Source: Octopus sinensis
Lineage: Eukaryota
Assembly (NCBI RefSeq): GCF_006345805.1
Contig: NC_042999.1
Span: 151,342,001 to 151,406,000 of the forward strand
DNA length: 64,000 nt
Direction: 5' to 3'
Made by a program: the position numbers and the translations under genes
Shown here: positions 26,395-37,952 of the stretch, piece after piece
Layout of the letters: the number at the start of each line of letters is the position of its first letter
How positions within the stretch are numbered: the first letter of the stretch is position 1
The notes under the pieces: model-generated
What the model saw: only the letters and a program-made list of their open reading frames with translations
What the model was told of the DNA's origin: nothing
Database searches by the model: none

Positions 26395-29300
26395 CTTTTA
26401 TATTTTACTTGTTTTAGGCACTGGACAGTGGCCATCCTGGGGCATTGCCTTGAAGGGTTTCAGTCAAATAGATCTGCTCTCTACAATTTTTTGAAGTCTG
26501 GTACTTATTCCCTCAATCTCTTTTGCCAAACTATTGTTATAGGAATGTAAACAAACCAGTGATGAAGCAGTGAGATTAGGGGACAAACACATACAAACAC
26601 TCACACACATGTGCACACGCACACACACAATGATCTTCCACAGTTTATGTCCAGGTATGGACACATATGGACAAACAATCATAGGTGTACAGAATGCATT
26701 TACAAAGCTCTTCCCTCAGGCTAGGTAACCATGTATCTCCTTTAAACCTGGTTCTGTCCTCAATCCTGATCTCTCTCTCTTTCTCTCTCTCTCTCTGGCC
26801 AGGTAACCTTGTACCTTCTCTTTTGCAAGATACCTGTTTCTGTTCCTCTGTCTCACACTAACCTTTCATCATCTGACACAAGATCACCTCCTTCAATGCC
26901 CCACCTCCCATCTCAAAATTACTTGTCTTGCAAGTTATTTGGTGACCCTACCAGTGCTGGTGCCACATTAAAAGCATCCAGTCCACACTGTGAAGTGGTT
27001 GGCATTTGGAAGTGCATCCAAAACTGACCTCACCTGTGCTTGTACCATGCAAAAAGCACTCAGTCCACTCTGCTGGGCAGTTGAGGAAGGACACCCAGTC
27101 ATAAAAACCCTGCCAAAACAGACACAGAAGTCTAGTGCGGGATCCTGCCTGGCTGGCTCCTGTCAAACTGTCCAACCCATGCCAGCATGGAAGGCAGAAA
27201 TTAAACAATGATGATGATGTTACATAATATTACATTATACAATATCTTTACAGCTGTTTCAAAGCATCTTATGAATGGCAGATATTGTTACACATGTTAT
27301 GTATCTCCTATGTAATTAGGTGGAAATATTATAAGACAATATGACACAAAAGCATGCTACCCATACACACAAACCATGATACATAAGTATCTGCATGAAT
27401 CTATATACAGTACATTGTCTTCAGAAAAGTAGGTGGTTCAGGATCTTTATAAGCTTTTGTGTAATATTGGTTTCAGATTTTGGCTTTGATGATTACAAGT
27501 CTAACAGGATCTGTTCAGTTTGGTACACAGATATTTTAATAAATTTCTTTTAGCTAAACTGTTTGAAACTTCATATACTGGTGGAATGTCTCACGCAGAA
27601 CACGATTTTCTTTGAATATTTTTGACAAAGACGTGAGAACAAAAAAAAAAGCCTGGTAATATGCAGCACAGGCAGTAAACAAAAAATAAAATAGAACAGA
27701 GTAGTGACATTTAGTAGAGAGATGACCTGGAAGTTGTTCCTCTTTAATTACTATTGCAAACAGCAGTAGCTTTCTTCAACTGAATACACATCGTTGATTG
27801 GTTGAAATTACCCAAATACAACAACTTTAACAAGAAAGAACTTCTCAAAATATAAAATTTTGTCAAAAATGTTCAAAGTAAACCGTGTTCTGTGTGAGAC
27901 ATTCCACCAGTATACGAAGTTTCCAACTGTTTAGTTAAAAAAAAAACAATTAAAAAAATCTTTGTGCCAAATTGAACAGATCCACAAAAATTTAACCACT
28001 ATACCACACTGCTGGGAGAGGATAAGAGATTATATCGACTCTTTTACTGTATTTGAATGTGTTATATTTAGTCTTGTGAGCAGTAGTGTAAATCATACCA
28101 AGTACTTGAGCAAAGCAAGCAGCATTTATTTGTTTAGGTGTTAACTGTAGTCTGATTGGATTAAGTGAGTCTGACATATTGATTAACACAGTAAATTTCT
28201 TCAAGAAGCATTTCAATATCACTTTAACAGAAGAGAGTAGTTGATTCAAAAGCAACAGGGATAGTTGTAAATGTGTGGTTATTGTAGTTACATAATTTAT
28301 TTAGAATTATAAATAGGATTGGTCTAAGTGTTGTATCCTGGGGAATGCAGATCTGCAGATCTGGGGCTAGTTTCAAATACCACTTCATGTGTTGAGCTGA
28401 GAAGGGAGCCTCCTTGTTGTCGCTGGCTCTGCTAGAAATAGCTGCAAAATTTCCCTGAAATCACACTCATCCCCACTATTTTAGAAATGTGAAGGGCACA
28501 TTAGATAATTTAGGTATAGATATCTCTCAGAAACAGCTAAACAGTGAGGAGGTAAACATATTTTATAAAACAGTGTCAAATGTCAACGTGAATCTTATAG
28601 GAGGTCTGATCAATAAGTATCCGGACTGTTGCCATAGTAACGAAGCTAAAGCATGCAGAGTGAAGTCGCTTGGTACAGATTGACCTTGAACTCTGTTATG
28701 CATGTACACTAAGTTTTAACAATGTTTTCATGAACCTTGGCTCACATGCATAACTAAGCACAGTAAAGTGCTACAAAATGGAAGTGTGGGATGAAGTGGT
28801 GAGAAGGGATCTTCAGATGTTGGGCCTCGCAAAGGGGATGACAAAAGGACCAGGATTTCTGGCGGTTCGCTGTGCTTAAGACATGCTAAGTAAATAAAAA
28901 TGTGCATGTCCTTGCATACAAGCATGTACTCTGCATCCCACTTCAGCTGAGCGTTCCTATTATTGCAGGCTCATCCATGGGTTGCTAGGGCCATGTAAAA
29001 ATGCTCATGCCAGTGCCACATGAGAGCACTCTGTATACTCTGCAAAGTGGTTGGAATCAGGAAGGGCATCCAGCCATAGAAACCACACTAAAACAGATAT
29101 GGGGCCCGGGCAGCTCTTCAGCTAGTCAGCTCCTGTCAAACCCATGACAGCATGGAAAACAAATGTTAAATGATGATGATGATGATGATGACTTTCATCA
29201 ATAATTATGCATAATATAAATTGCAACAGTATAATTTAATCATTGCCTAAATAATACATATATACTAAATATATCATTGTATCGACAAAATTATCAGACG

Positions 29301-32300
29301 TTGTTATACCTCGCTGGTCACAATGCGATTCTTGGTGTGTTGTAGATTTCGAATGATACCACTTCACTGCGCAGGGAGGCAAGCTGATGCATTACATATA
29401 AAATACCATGATCGATGCCAGGACTGCCTGCATGGCTCCCATGCTGGAGGCACATAAAAAGTAGCCACTACATTCTTGGAGTGGTTGGCGTTAGGGAGTG
29501 CATCAAGCTGTAGAAATATTGCCAGCTCAGAGCCTGGTGCAGCTGCTGGCAGTCCAGATCTCAGTCAAACCACCCAACCCATGCCAGCATGGAAAACAGA
29601 CATTAAACGATTATGATGATGATGATGATGACGACAATATTACATACGTAACACATATATAATGCAAAAGCAGTCATCATCGTTCACCGTTTAGCGTCCG
29701 CTTTCCATGCTGGCATGGGTTGGACGGTGCAACTGGGGTCTGGGAAGCCAGAAGGCTGCACCAGGCCCAGTCTGATCTGGCAATGTTTCTACAGCTGGAT
29801 GCCCTTCCTAACGCCAACCACTCCATGAGTGTAGTGGGTGCTTTTTACGTGCCACCGGCACAGGTGCCAGACGAGGCTGACAAACAGCCACGAGCAGATG
29901 GTGCTTTTTATGTGCCACTGGCACGGAGGCCAGGCGAGGCTGGCAACGGCCACGATCGGATGGTGCTTTTTACGTGCCACCGGCACGGAAGCCAGTCGGA
30001 GCGGCGCTGGCAACGGCCACGTTCGGATGGTTAAGACAGAAATAGAATTTCAAAGTTATTCTTTTTGTGCTGCCTGGTGGTTGGATGCCCCTGCTTTGCA
30101 ACAGGTGTTCAAATCCTGACCAGATTGATATTTGCCTTTCATCTCACCTGGAGTTGATAAAAAGCATCGCTCAGGAGTAGTGGGATGAATACGACCAACT
30201 ATTTCCTTCGCACAAAAAGTGTGCCACTGCTGGAGATCAATATCAAATGTAGGGACTCTAACAACACAGTTAAACGAGCTGTTTGTTCTAAGAACAAAGG
30301 CGAAATATCGATAATCACAACTAAAACAGATGTCATTGAATTAGAGACGGAGCTAGAGACCACTAAGAAGTTACCTCCCTTTTATTTATTCATTTTTCTT
30401 CGTTTTGTAATTTTCTTAATTATTCTTTTACTTGTTTCAGTCATTGGATCACGGTATCACCTTATTGGTTTGCACAAACAAATTCATCCCCAGAACTTAT
30501 TTATATTTGATAGTTATTCTATCGGTGGATCTTTTTCGGTTTGAACGGCAGTTTTTTCTAGCGGTGTCATATGAAATTGTCACCCATAATTATGACCCTA
30601 GTATCGATCTATTGCATTTCAATCTGTTTTAGGGTTAGGGTTAGGGATGGGGGAAAGGGTATCTTTTTTTCTTCACAAATGTAAATAAACCCAATCTGTT
30701 TCTTAAACGAGGTACATATTCATACGGCACAGAATGTTTTTTTTTACCTCAACAGACGTCATTGATTGGTTGAAATTGCAGAAATTGAAAACAAAAAACA
30801 ACAAATATCTTACAAACTATAGAATTTTCTCAATAAAGCCAAGAGAAAATGATGTTTTATAAACACATTCTACCAGTATACGAAGTTTAAAAGTGTTTAG
30901 TTACGTGGAAATTATTTTTAAAAACTGCCGGTCAAACCGAAAAGATCCCCACCTTATTGGTTTGTACAAAGAAATCATCCCCAGAACTTATTTATATTTG
31001 ATAGTTATTTTATCGGTCTTTTTTGTCGAACGGCTAGAATATAGTGACGGGCCGAATGGTTAAGAGGTTCATTTTGTTACTTTGAATTCTTGGATTTTGA
31101 TCCAAATGCGCGACACCTTCGGTAAATGTCTTCTACTATAGCCTCGGGCCAACCAAAGCCTTGTGAGTGGATTTGGTAAACAGAAACTGAAAGATGATCA
31201 TCGTAAAGAATCTATTCGCTTCCTTTTCAGTCTTCACAAGACCTCCACCTCCAACGAAGAAGTTCTGAGTTAATCCTTTTTGCTACCATATTTCTGCTGA
31301 AATACATTCTTTGTTTCAATAAATTGTAAGAATTTAATAAAATAACTTTGTTATTATTAAGTAGGTGTTTGGAATGTGAATAAACACAAAATTTTGATAC
31401 AATGCTTTAATTTTGATCACTTTAAAACAGACTGCCTTGTATCTTAGCAGCAGAGATGGTCTCGGTGAGTTGAACATTGAAGTTTCGGAATCAGAGGTTC
31501 AGAGACTGTTGATACAAGGGAAACAACTCTGATTCAACACCTTTTTGATTACTCACACACGCATTCTCTGTCTGTCTGTTTCTCTCTCTCTCTCTCTCTC
31601 TCCGTCTAATTATAGCAACCACATATAAACTATATATATAGTGTATGTAATACTGTTGCTGAGAAAATTTAACACCACGTAATCAATGATATAACACTAT
31701 TCACACAATCGATTATAGATGACATCGAACCGATGGAATTTGGTTTCATCCTCATTCTCGCTAGTTTAACACTTTATGGCAAATCAGGAAAATGACTACA
31801 CACACACACACACACATACAATTCTAGGACAAGAACGAGGTTGATAGTGACTTCGAGGTTTCGGATCTTTTCGATTTGAACGGTAGTTTTTTAAAATAAT
31901 TTCTAGGTAACTAAATACTTAACTTCGTATACTGGTAGAATGTGTTTATAAAACATCTTTTTCTCTTGGTTTTATTGAAAAACTTCTATGGTTTGTAAGA
32001 TATTTGGGTTTTTTTCTTCAATTTCTGCAATTTCAACCAATCAATGACGTCTATTGAGGTGAAAACATTCTGTGCCGTATGAATATGTCTCTCGTTTAAG
32101 AAACAGATTGGGTTTATTTACATTTATGAAGAAAAAAGGATATACTTCCCCCTAACCCTAATCCTAAAACAGATTGAAATGCAATAGATCGATACTAGGG
32201 TCATAATTATGGGTGACAATTTCATATGACACCGCTCGAAAAAACTGCCGTTCAAATCGAAAAGATCTTATAATTATTTCTAGCTAGTTCTTTTTATTGC

Positions 32301-33381
32301 TCCCAACATTATATACGTTCACATTTAATCTATCGATTGAGGAGCCAAATTCATCGAGTAAGGAACAGACACACACACTCACACATATACACTGTTGATC
32401 AAAGGGAGATAATTCGAAATGTAATCTAAAATTCAGTAAACTTTTCAAGAATTTTTTGTTTAATAAATATCTATGTTTATTATTATAACTATGTTAGCCG
32501 TTGTCTTTACGTAAAACATTGGTAAAATTATTTTCAGACATTAAGTATGTTTTTTACTCATTATCTTCTGTAGTACATAGGTAAATAGGAGTTTACCAAA
32601 ATTCTTGTGGCGGTTGGGACTAAAAGTAAAAAAAACAAATTAGAAACACTTTTAACTATGTAAATGATAAAACTTTAGAGAAGTGTCGTAGTCGTCAGAA
32701 CTGCTAGACAGAACAGCCAAATCTCCTTCAGACCACACCCTACCGTTTTATAATAGGAAACATTGAATAACGTAGTCCGAGGTTCACTATTCCAGGAAGA
32801 AAATGTCAACAGGAATACGATCTTTAATCAGAGGTTTATAGGTTTGAAACAGCAGTTAAGAACATTAACGGATATACCAGGTTCAAATGGAGCAACGTTT
32901 TCGACGTGGAACTGTATTCTAGATGGGATACAAATTGCGCAGTAAATTTTTACTCTTGCACCTGTCTCCAAACTCTGATCGGCGGACCTTTGGAATATCA
33001 CTACCCCATGGAGAAAAACTTTCGGAATATCACTACCTCATAGAGAGAGAAACGGACAAGGAATTGAATGGTTGCTTTCTTTTGTGAAATAACCTTTTGT
33101 CTCCAAAATTTCAGTTTTCTTACATTTTTGCACCCATCTCCCCAATTCCATGTCTTTTCCATCTTAGGAAACGAGCATAATATTCTTTTATTCGTTTCAG
33201 TCATTTTGACTGCGGCCATGCTGGAGCACCGCCTTCAGTAGAGCAAATCGACCCCAGGATTTATTTTTTGCAAGCCTAGTACTTATTCTATCGGTTCCAT
33301 ATGCCGAACCGCTACGTTACGGGGACGTAAACACACCGGCTTCGATGTCAAGCGATGTTGGACGCACACACACAAACATAT

Positions 33382-33416
<35 letters not shown>

Positions 33417-34195
33417 CGACGGGCTTCTTTCAGTTTCCGTCTACCAAATCCATTCACAAGGTTTTGGTCGGCCTGAGGCAATAGTAGAAGACACTTGCCC
33501 AAGGTGTCACGCAATGGGACTGAACCTGGAACCATGTGGTTGGTTAGCAAGCTACTTACCACACAGCCACTCCAAACTTACCACATAGCCACTCCAAACT
33601 TGCCAGAATTCTCATATCTTTCAAATCATGGATCGTGTTATAACCATTCTCATACTCCAAATGGAATTACAGTAGTGAAGAACATCACAAGTCGAGCTGT
33701 TCTCCCGGGACTTATTTACATTTGTATATCAACGTTAACATAATAGGTTGTATCAGGATGTATTCAGATCTAAACAATAACAACTACAACAACGACAGCA
33801 GGTCCCTTAGTGCCATCAGCAGACTTCTTTCTCTGTCAAACATTCAAATTAGACATTCGGGTTTTTACCCCGTACAGATTTTTACTTCGATTGCACGGAC
33901 TGGTTATCGGTTGTGTCAATCTTAGCAATTCGGGAGGCCCTAAAGACAGTGGGCACCGCATCTCCTATTTTAACTCCTCTTTCCTTTCTCCGTCTCTCAC
34001 ACACGTATTCATTCGATCTTTTGTTTCATTATTATTTTTTTTACATATAAATAATCAACAAAATTTCTTAATTTTACCTGACAGTATGTAAATAAACACT
34101 AGAGCCTGTCTTACCCGTGATGTCTTTTTGTCTGTGTGACGACTAACTAGTACAGCACTATCGTATTTCACTAAAGATGCATTTGGTGGAATCAT
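3509..34195 (-). CDS. DNALI1: Axonemal dynein light intermediate chain 1 (p28, 33 kDa inner-arm light chain), whole spliced gene span; about 264 aa if the tentative last exon is right
   Basis: Exons 34115-34195, 19099-19241, 15578-15747, 14758-14936 and 12713-12877 splice in phase (0,2,1,0,0) with GT-AG ends. They translate to [20 protein letters not shown]...ILPPREW...[31 protein letters not shown]...[18 protein letters not shown]..., which is recognisably p28/DNALI1. The lower bound depends on the tentative terminal exon. Confidence 0.95.
4181..4601. repeat. Nested foldback (outer arms about 115 bp, plus an inner hairpin 4295-4427)
   Basis: 4181-4296 vs 4486-4601 is a near-perfect inverted repeat; abuts (TA)n. 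Confidence 0.9.
4736..4894. repeat. Hairpin with a stem of about 75 bp
   Basis: agacaaaaccactattttgcaaaacaaacaaggaaagact and its reverse complement. Confidence 0.9.
5426..5834 (-). mobile_element. tRNA-derived SINE, full-length copy. Other copies: 17453-18352 (split), 19308-19636, 33180-33573, 35707-36088, 46106-46508, 56016-56398, plus many partials
   Basis: Head with A/B-box-like TGGCTGTGTGGTAAG..GGTTCAGTCCC, central (TA)n/(TG)n, tail gactgaaacaagtaaaaga; near-identical copies. Confidence 0.9.
6104..6420. repeat. Imperfect (GAT)n trinucleotide array
   Basis: About 105 units with GAG/AAT/GAC interruptions. Confidence 0.98.
6680..9025. repeat. Compound (CA)n / (CATA)n tract and a CA-derived minisatellite (8135-8990, unit about acacacacaaacactctcatgc)
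   Basis: Direct reading. Confidence 0.95.
10470..10680 (+). mobile_element. RTE-like LINE RT/thumb fragment
   Basis: [32 protein letters not shown] resembles the RTE F.YLGS.I..DG..E.D...RIGK motif. Confidence 0.65.
10690..11050 (-). mobile_element. Non-LTR retrotransposon C-terminal restriction-like endonuclease fragment (R2-group, HERO-like)
   Basis: [43 protein letters not shown] matches the PD..VELTVPWE..K.KY.DL..GW..PIEVGC pattern. Confidence 0.7.
12713..12877 (-). CDS. DNALI1: DNALI1 coding exon 5 (165 nt, coiled coil)
   Basis: ttccatag|[55 protein letters not shown]|gtaggt. Confidence 0.94.
14162..14517 (+). mobile_element. Candidate solo LTR (356 bp)
   Basis: Inverted termini TGTAGT...ACTACA, TATATAAA at 14296, AATAAA at 14448, GC-richer than flanks; no TSD seen. 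Confidence 0.6.
14758..14936 (-). CDS. DNALI1: DNALI1 coding exon 4 (179 nt)
   Basis: ctttcag|(D)[59 protein letters not shown]|gtaaac. Confidence 0.96.
15578..15747 (-). CDS. DNALI1: DNALI1 coding exon 3 (170 nt)
   Basis: ttctag|(R)[56 protein letters not shown]|gtaagt. Confidence 0.96.
17885..18080 (+). mobile_element. Solo PLE pLTR of the same family as 24700-24885
   Basis: Colinear similarity with 24700-24885; sits between (TA)n tracts inside a SINE. Confidence 0.7.
17947..17984 (+). ncRNA. Minimal hammerhead-like motif (CUGUCGA core, G12A decay)
   Basis: TCTTT-CTGTCGA-A-GAGC(ATAG)GCTC-AAA-ACGT-A-AAAGA. Confidence 0.55.
19099..19241 (-). CDS. DNALI1: DNALI1 coding exon 2 (143 nt)
   Basis: ttttcacag|[47 protein letters not shown](R)|gtaagt. 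Confidence 0.93.
19637..20985 (+). mobile_element. Penelope-like retroelement 3' fragment (RT C-terminus + GIY-YIG endonuclease), frameshifted
   Basis: [38 protein letters not shown]; second frame [34 protein letters not shown]. Short 5' inversion at 19637-19723; ends in (TA)n. Confidence 0.9.
20791..20829 (+). ncRNA. Hammerhead relic with U3:A8 core in a PLE 3' region
   Basis: GAGAAAT-TTGAAAA-gaaaatat-GAA-ACCAGT-T-ATTTCTC: 7-bp stem I, stem II decayed. Confidence 0.5.
23915..24885 (+). mobile_element. Second Penelope-like element 3' end (GIY-YIG C-terminus, C-rich UTR, pLTR with hammerhead)
   Basis: [53 protein letters not shown], then a pLTR homologous to 17885-18080; flanked by (TA)n. 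Confidence 0.8.
24766..24801 (+). ncRNA. Minimal hammerhead-like motif (CUGUCGA core) downstream of a GIY-YIG fragment
   Basis: CTTT-CTGTCGA-A-GAGC(ATAG)GCTC-GAA-ACAT-A-AAAG. Confidence 0.6.
25522..25830. repeat. Compound tetranucleotide array TAGA/TAGG/TGGA/TGGG
   Basis: Direct reading. Confidence 0.97.
27507..27983. mobile_element. Older related TIR element
   Basis: TIRs GGATCTGTTCA(G/A)TTTGG(T/C)ACA; long inverted arms; shares attggttgaaatt and ccagtatacgaagttt with 30527-30949. Confidence 0.75.
28599..28720 (+). mobile_element. Mariner-like left end
   Basis: TA-GGAGGTCTGATCAATAAGTATCCGGACT resembles mariner TIRs; no right TIR found. Confidence 0.5.
30527..30949 (+). mobile_element. Non-autonomous TIR element (HINE/Helentron-like or MITE) with internal (TTAGGG)3
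   Basis: Terminal inverted repeats GGATCTTTT(T)CGGTTTGA(A/C)CGGCAGTTTTT. Confidence 0.85.
31863..32268 (-). mobile_element. Inverted second copy of the 30527-30949 element
   Basis: Reverse-complement similarity along the whole length, same TIRs. Confidence 0.85.
34115..34195 (-). CDS. DNALI1: DNALI1 coding exon 1 (27 codons)
   Basis: [27 protein letters not shown]; donor CGG|GTAAGA, phase 0. Confidence 0.93.
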
Positions 34196-34238
34196 GGTGT
34201 TTTGTTTTTACTTGAGGCAGTGCTTAGTTGTTTATTAT

Positions 34239-34252
34239 GTTACCATAGTAAC
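34239..34252. promoter_or_regulatory. RFX X-box in the DNALI1 proximal promoter
   Basis: GTTACCATAGTAAC fits GTNRCC-N(0-3)-RGYAAC and lies 44 bp upstream of the ATG of a ciliary gene. A forkhead-like TGTTTAT is adjacent at 34229-34235. Confidence 0.8.
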
Positions 34253-34444
34253 TGAGCTAATTTTTGCGTAAGATCAAAAGTGAAAAAAAAATATTTTAAA
34301 CTATCAATTTAATATAAATACTTTTAATTTATTCTATCAAAATTACTTTGGCATAACGTTTTTGTATCCAAATTCATATTTATCTTTGTACAATCAACAA
34401 GGTTTTTACACGCTAAAAGTAATTGTATTTTCTGCGGGCCTATT

Positions 34445-34456
34445 AACATGGCGTAG
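34445..34456 (+). promoter_or_regulatory. YY1-like AACATGGCG motif with an ATG-GCG-TAG micro-uORF; candidate ELP1 5'UTR exon or TSS region
   Basis: The motif is typical just downstream of housekeeping TSSs, and possible GT donors follow at 34469 and 34471. The ELP1 ATG exon needs an upstream non-coding exon. Confidence 0.4.
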
Positions 34457-36085
34457 CATTCCCTCGTGGTGTGAATAGACTTATGTTTGTATTTATAGAA
34501 TGAAACTGGTAATTTATTTATAATTATTTACAGTTGCTTTAATTTTCATCTCAGAGAAACATTCACGTGGTTTTATTTTAGTTGATATTTTTCTTCCTTA
34601 TTTACAAATATATCTGTCACTAAATTTATTGTCAAGCTGGACTGAGAATTGCGTAATTGTGTTTTCATAGATTTTTTTTTTTTCAACTCTACTTCATGTA
34701 ATTCAAATTTATCTTGATAATATGAGGTTTATTCACTTTTAAATCAAACTCGTTTCTCCATGTCTATATATATATATATATATCTTTAAAATATATTTAA
34801 GCTAAACATAACGTTAAAATAAGTATACAGCGTGCGAATTAGCGTTGTCACGCAATCAGAGATTAACCAAAGAGATAATTATTCAATTAAACAGGATCAG
34901 TCTGGTTATAACTAATCGATTAATTCTTCCACACACTTGATAGAAATGAATTCATTTTCATGTCATTGTGGTTATTTTTTTTCTGTCTTAAATTAAGAAG
35001 CGGAATTCAAAGAAAACGCAACTCTTGTAACAAGTGCCCCTTTTTCCTTAATTCTAATGTTTTGTTATTTTTTAGAGTCTCACTTTATTTATTTTAAACT
35101 TTTTTTAAATTAAATCTAAAGGTGATCAGTTCTTTTGTTTAAAAAATAATATAGATTGTTAAGTGAAACATTTTTATATTTCCGATATATTTGTTAACAT
35201 ATTTCCAGAGAATATATCTTTTAAGTCAGTGTATCATAGCCGTTTATTCTTGCTGCATTTTCACACTTTATCACTTCAACACCCCGATTACCTACCTCAA
35301 TCGCACGCATATTGAAAAGAGAAAAAAAAAATTTAGCATACACGGAATCAGTGTGACGGAAAATACAACTAAGCGGGGAAAAAACTTGCGAAAAATTACA
35401 AAAGCATTTTCCAACCTAAGAACAATTTCATAACTAGAATCTCCAGATTCCTGGCTGGAATCCTGAAATTTTATCTTGAAGATACTTTCACTGAGGTTTT
35501 AGATCATACAACTGTAAAGTAAATATCTTTCTATATTTTCAACATACGTTTAAAACATAATTGAAAGAATTTCTCAACGATTTTGAAATCTGAGAATAAA
35601 ACCATTTTCATATGGCTTAGTTACACCAACACAAATTGGTCAATGTTTTGGATGCTTGACATCCCTTTGAAGCATTTCAACCCTCACCTCTTTTATATAT
35701 ATATAATGTGTGTGGTAAGTAGCTTGCTCACCAACCACATGGTTCCGGGTTCAATCCCACTGCGTGGCACCTTGGGCAAGTTTCTTCTACTATAGCCTCG
35801 GGCCGACCAAAGCCTTGTGAGTGGATTTGGTAGACGGAAACTGAAAGAAGTACGTCGTATATATATATATGCATGTATGTGTATATGTTTGTGTGTCTGT
35901 TTGTCTCCCCAACATCGCTTGACAACAGATGCTGGTGTGTTTACGTCCCCGTAACTTAGCGGTTCGGCAAAAAGAGACCGATAGAATAAGTACTAAGCTT
36001 CCAAAGAATAAGTCATGGGGTCGATTTGCTCGACTAAAGGCAGTGCTCCAGCATGGCCACAGTCAAATGACTGAAACAAGTAAAA

Positions 36086-36122
<37 letters not shown>

Positions 36123-36159
36123 TAGACAGATAGATAGATATATTCATTCATACATACAT

Positions 36160-37110
36160 AGAGATATGGGAGCTTCTCTTTGCTAATGACCTTGTTCTTA
36201 TAGCTGAATCACTACCAGAACTAGAGAAGTTTCAGGTATGGAAGCAAGGTCTAGAATTGAAGGGCCTTAGAGTTAACATAGCAAAAACCAGTCTTAATAA
36301 GTTGGAAGGCAGATAAATCACAAATCCTTTCAGGTAGATGGCCCGTCTTGATCTGTAGAAAAGGCGTAGGTAGAAACTCCATAAGATTCACCTGGTGTAA
36401 GCTTTGGACACATAAAAAGTGCAGCAGGAAGGTTAACAGGGAAAATAGCTTTTGTGTGTGGAAGATGCACAGGTACGATAAACACGGAAAATAGACTCCT
36501 TCAACTGTCAGTAGGGTAAGTTAGAGGTATTAGATAGCTTCCGTTATCTAGGTGGCCAAGTTATTAGCAGAGGTGGATGCTCTGAGAGTGTAGCTGTGAG
36601 AATAAGATTAGGCTGGGCAAAGTTCAGAGAGCTCCTACCTCTTCTGGCAACAAAGGGCCTCTCTCAGAGTGAAAGACATTGTATAATGCTTGTGTGTGAA
36701 CTGCTATGCTACATAGTAGTGAAACATGGGCTGTGACAGTGAAGGATGTGTAGGCTTGAAAGAAATGAAGCCAGTATGCTTCACTGGATGTGCATGTTCA
36801 ACAGAGCGTAAGCATCTTGAGAGAAAAGTTGGGCATAAGAGGCATCAGAGTGATGTGCAAGAGAGACGATTGCACTGGTAAAGTCATGTGATGCAGATGA
36901 ACAAGCACAGCTGTATCAAGAAGTGCCAATCTCTAACTGTGGAGGGAACCTGTGGTAGCGGTAGACCCAGGAAGATATGGAACGAGGTGGTGAAGCATGA
37001 TATGTGAACTTTTAGCCTGACAAAGGCAATGACTAGTGACAGCTCTTCGATGATATACTGTGTTTGAGAAGGCCTGTCAAGCCAGGTGAAATCGTAGCTG
37101 TGACTGAGGC
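36160..37110 (+). mobile_element. RTE-clade LINE 3' fragment (degenerate RT)
   Basis: ELLFANDLVLIAESLPELE..WKQGLELKGLRVN; FRYLG; GWAKFRELLPLLATKGL; MLHSSETWAV; GRPRKIWNEVVKHD, with frameshifts. Confidence 0.9.
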
Positions 37111-37952
37111 TGGTGTCACGTAACTGGCACGCAAAAAGCACCTTTCAATTGTTGGGTCTCACGGAGGCACAGTGGCTGAGTTCCTTTTTTCAAGTGTTGG
37201 CATTATGTCACGCTTGAGAAGACCCATCTTGCCAAGTAAAATCACAATCATGGCAGATAACTGTGTCATGCAAATGGCACATAAAAGCACCCACTAGACT
37301 CTGAGTGGTTGGCATCAGGAAGGGCATCCAGCCATAGAAAACATGCCAGATCAAACTGGAGTCAGGTGCAGCCTTCCAGCTTGCCAGCCCTGATCAAATT
37401 GTCCAACCCATGCCAGCATTGACTACGGACATTAAAAGATGAGGATGATATATATTGTTGCAAAATTCTTTTTTTGTTTGCTGTGTGGTTAGAAGTTTGT
37501 TTCCCAACCACATGGTTTTAGGCTCAGTCCCACTGCGAGGCACTTTAGGCGAATGTCTTCTACCTTAGACTCATGCAGACCAAAGCTTTGTGAGTGGATT
37601 TGGTAGACAGAAACTGGAAAATGCCTATCGTATATATATTATACACATATTGATGTATGTATATCTTTGTGTCGGTGTTTGTCCCCCACAACCAGTTGTC
37701 AAGTGGTGTTGATGTGTTTTCATTCCCATAAGTTAGTGGTTCAGCAAAAGAGACTAATAGAATAAGTATTACACTTTAAAAAAAAATTTCTGGGAGTCAA
37801 TTCATTTGACTAAAATTCTTCACAGTGATGCCCTAGCATGGCCAGAGTCTAATGACCGAAACGAGGAAAAGAAAAGATAACAAATAACAAAATCTACCCT
37901 TTTTAGTTATTTAACATTTATTTCTTTGTTTTCTTTTTTATTTTGTAGTAAC

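Noticed and set aside
29830-30030. Regularly spaced ~20-nt repeats suggestive of a CRISPR array
   Set aside because: Eukaryotic retroposon tandem units with mutually related spacers; no cas genes.
30629-30646. (TTAGGG)3 as an interstitial telomere or fusion site
   Set aside because: It is internal to a repeated TIR element and also present in the inverted copy.
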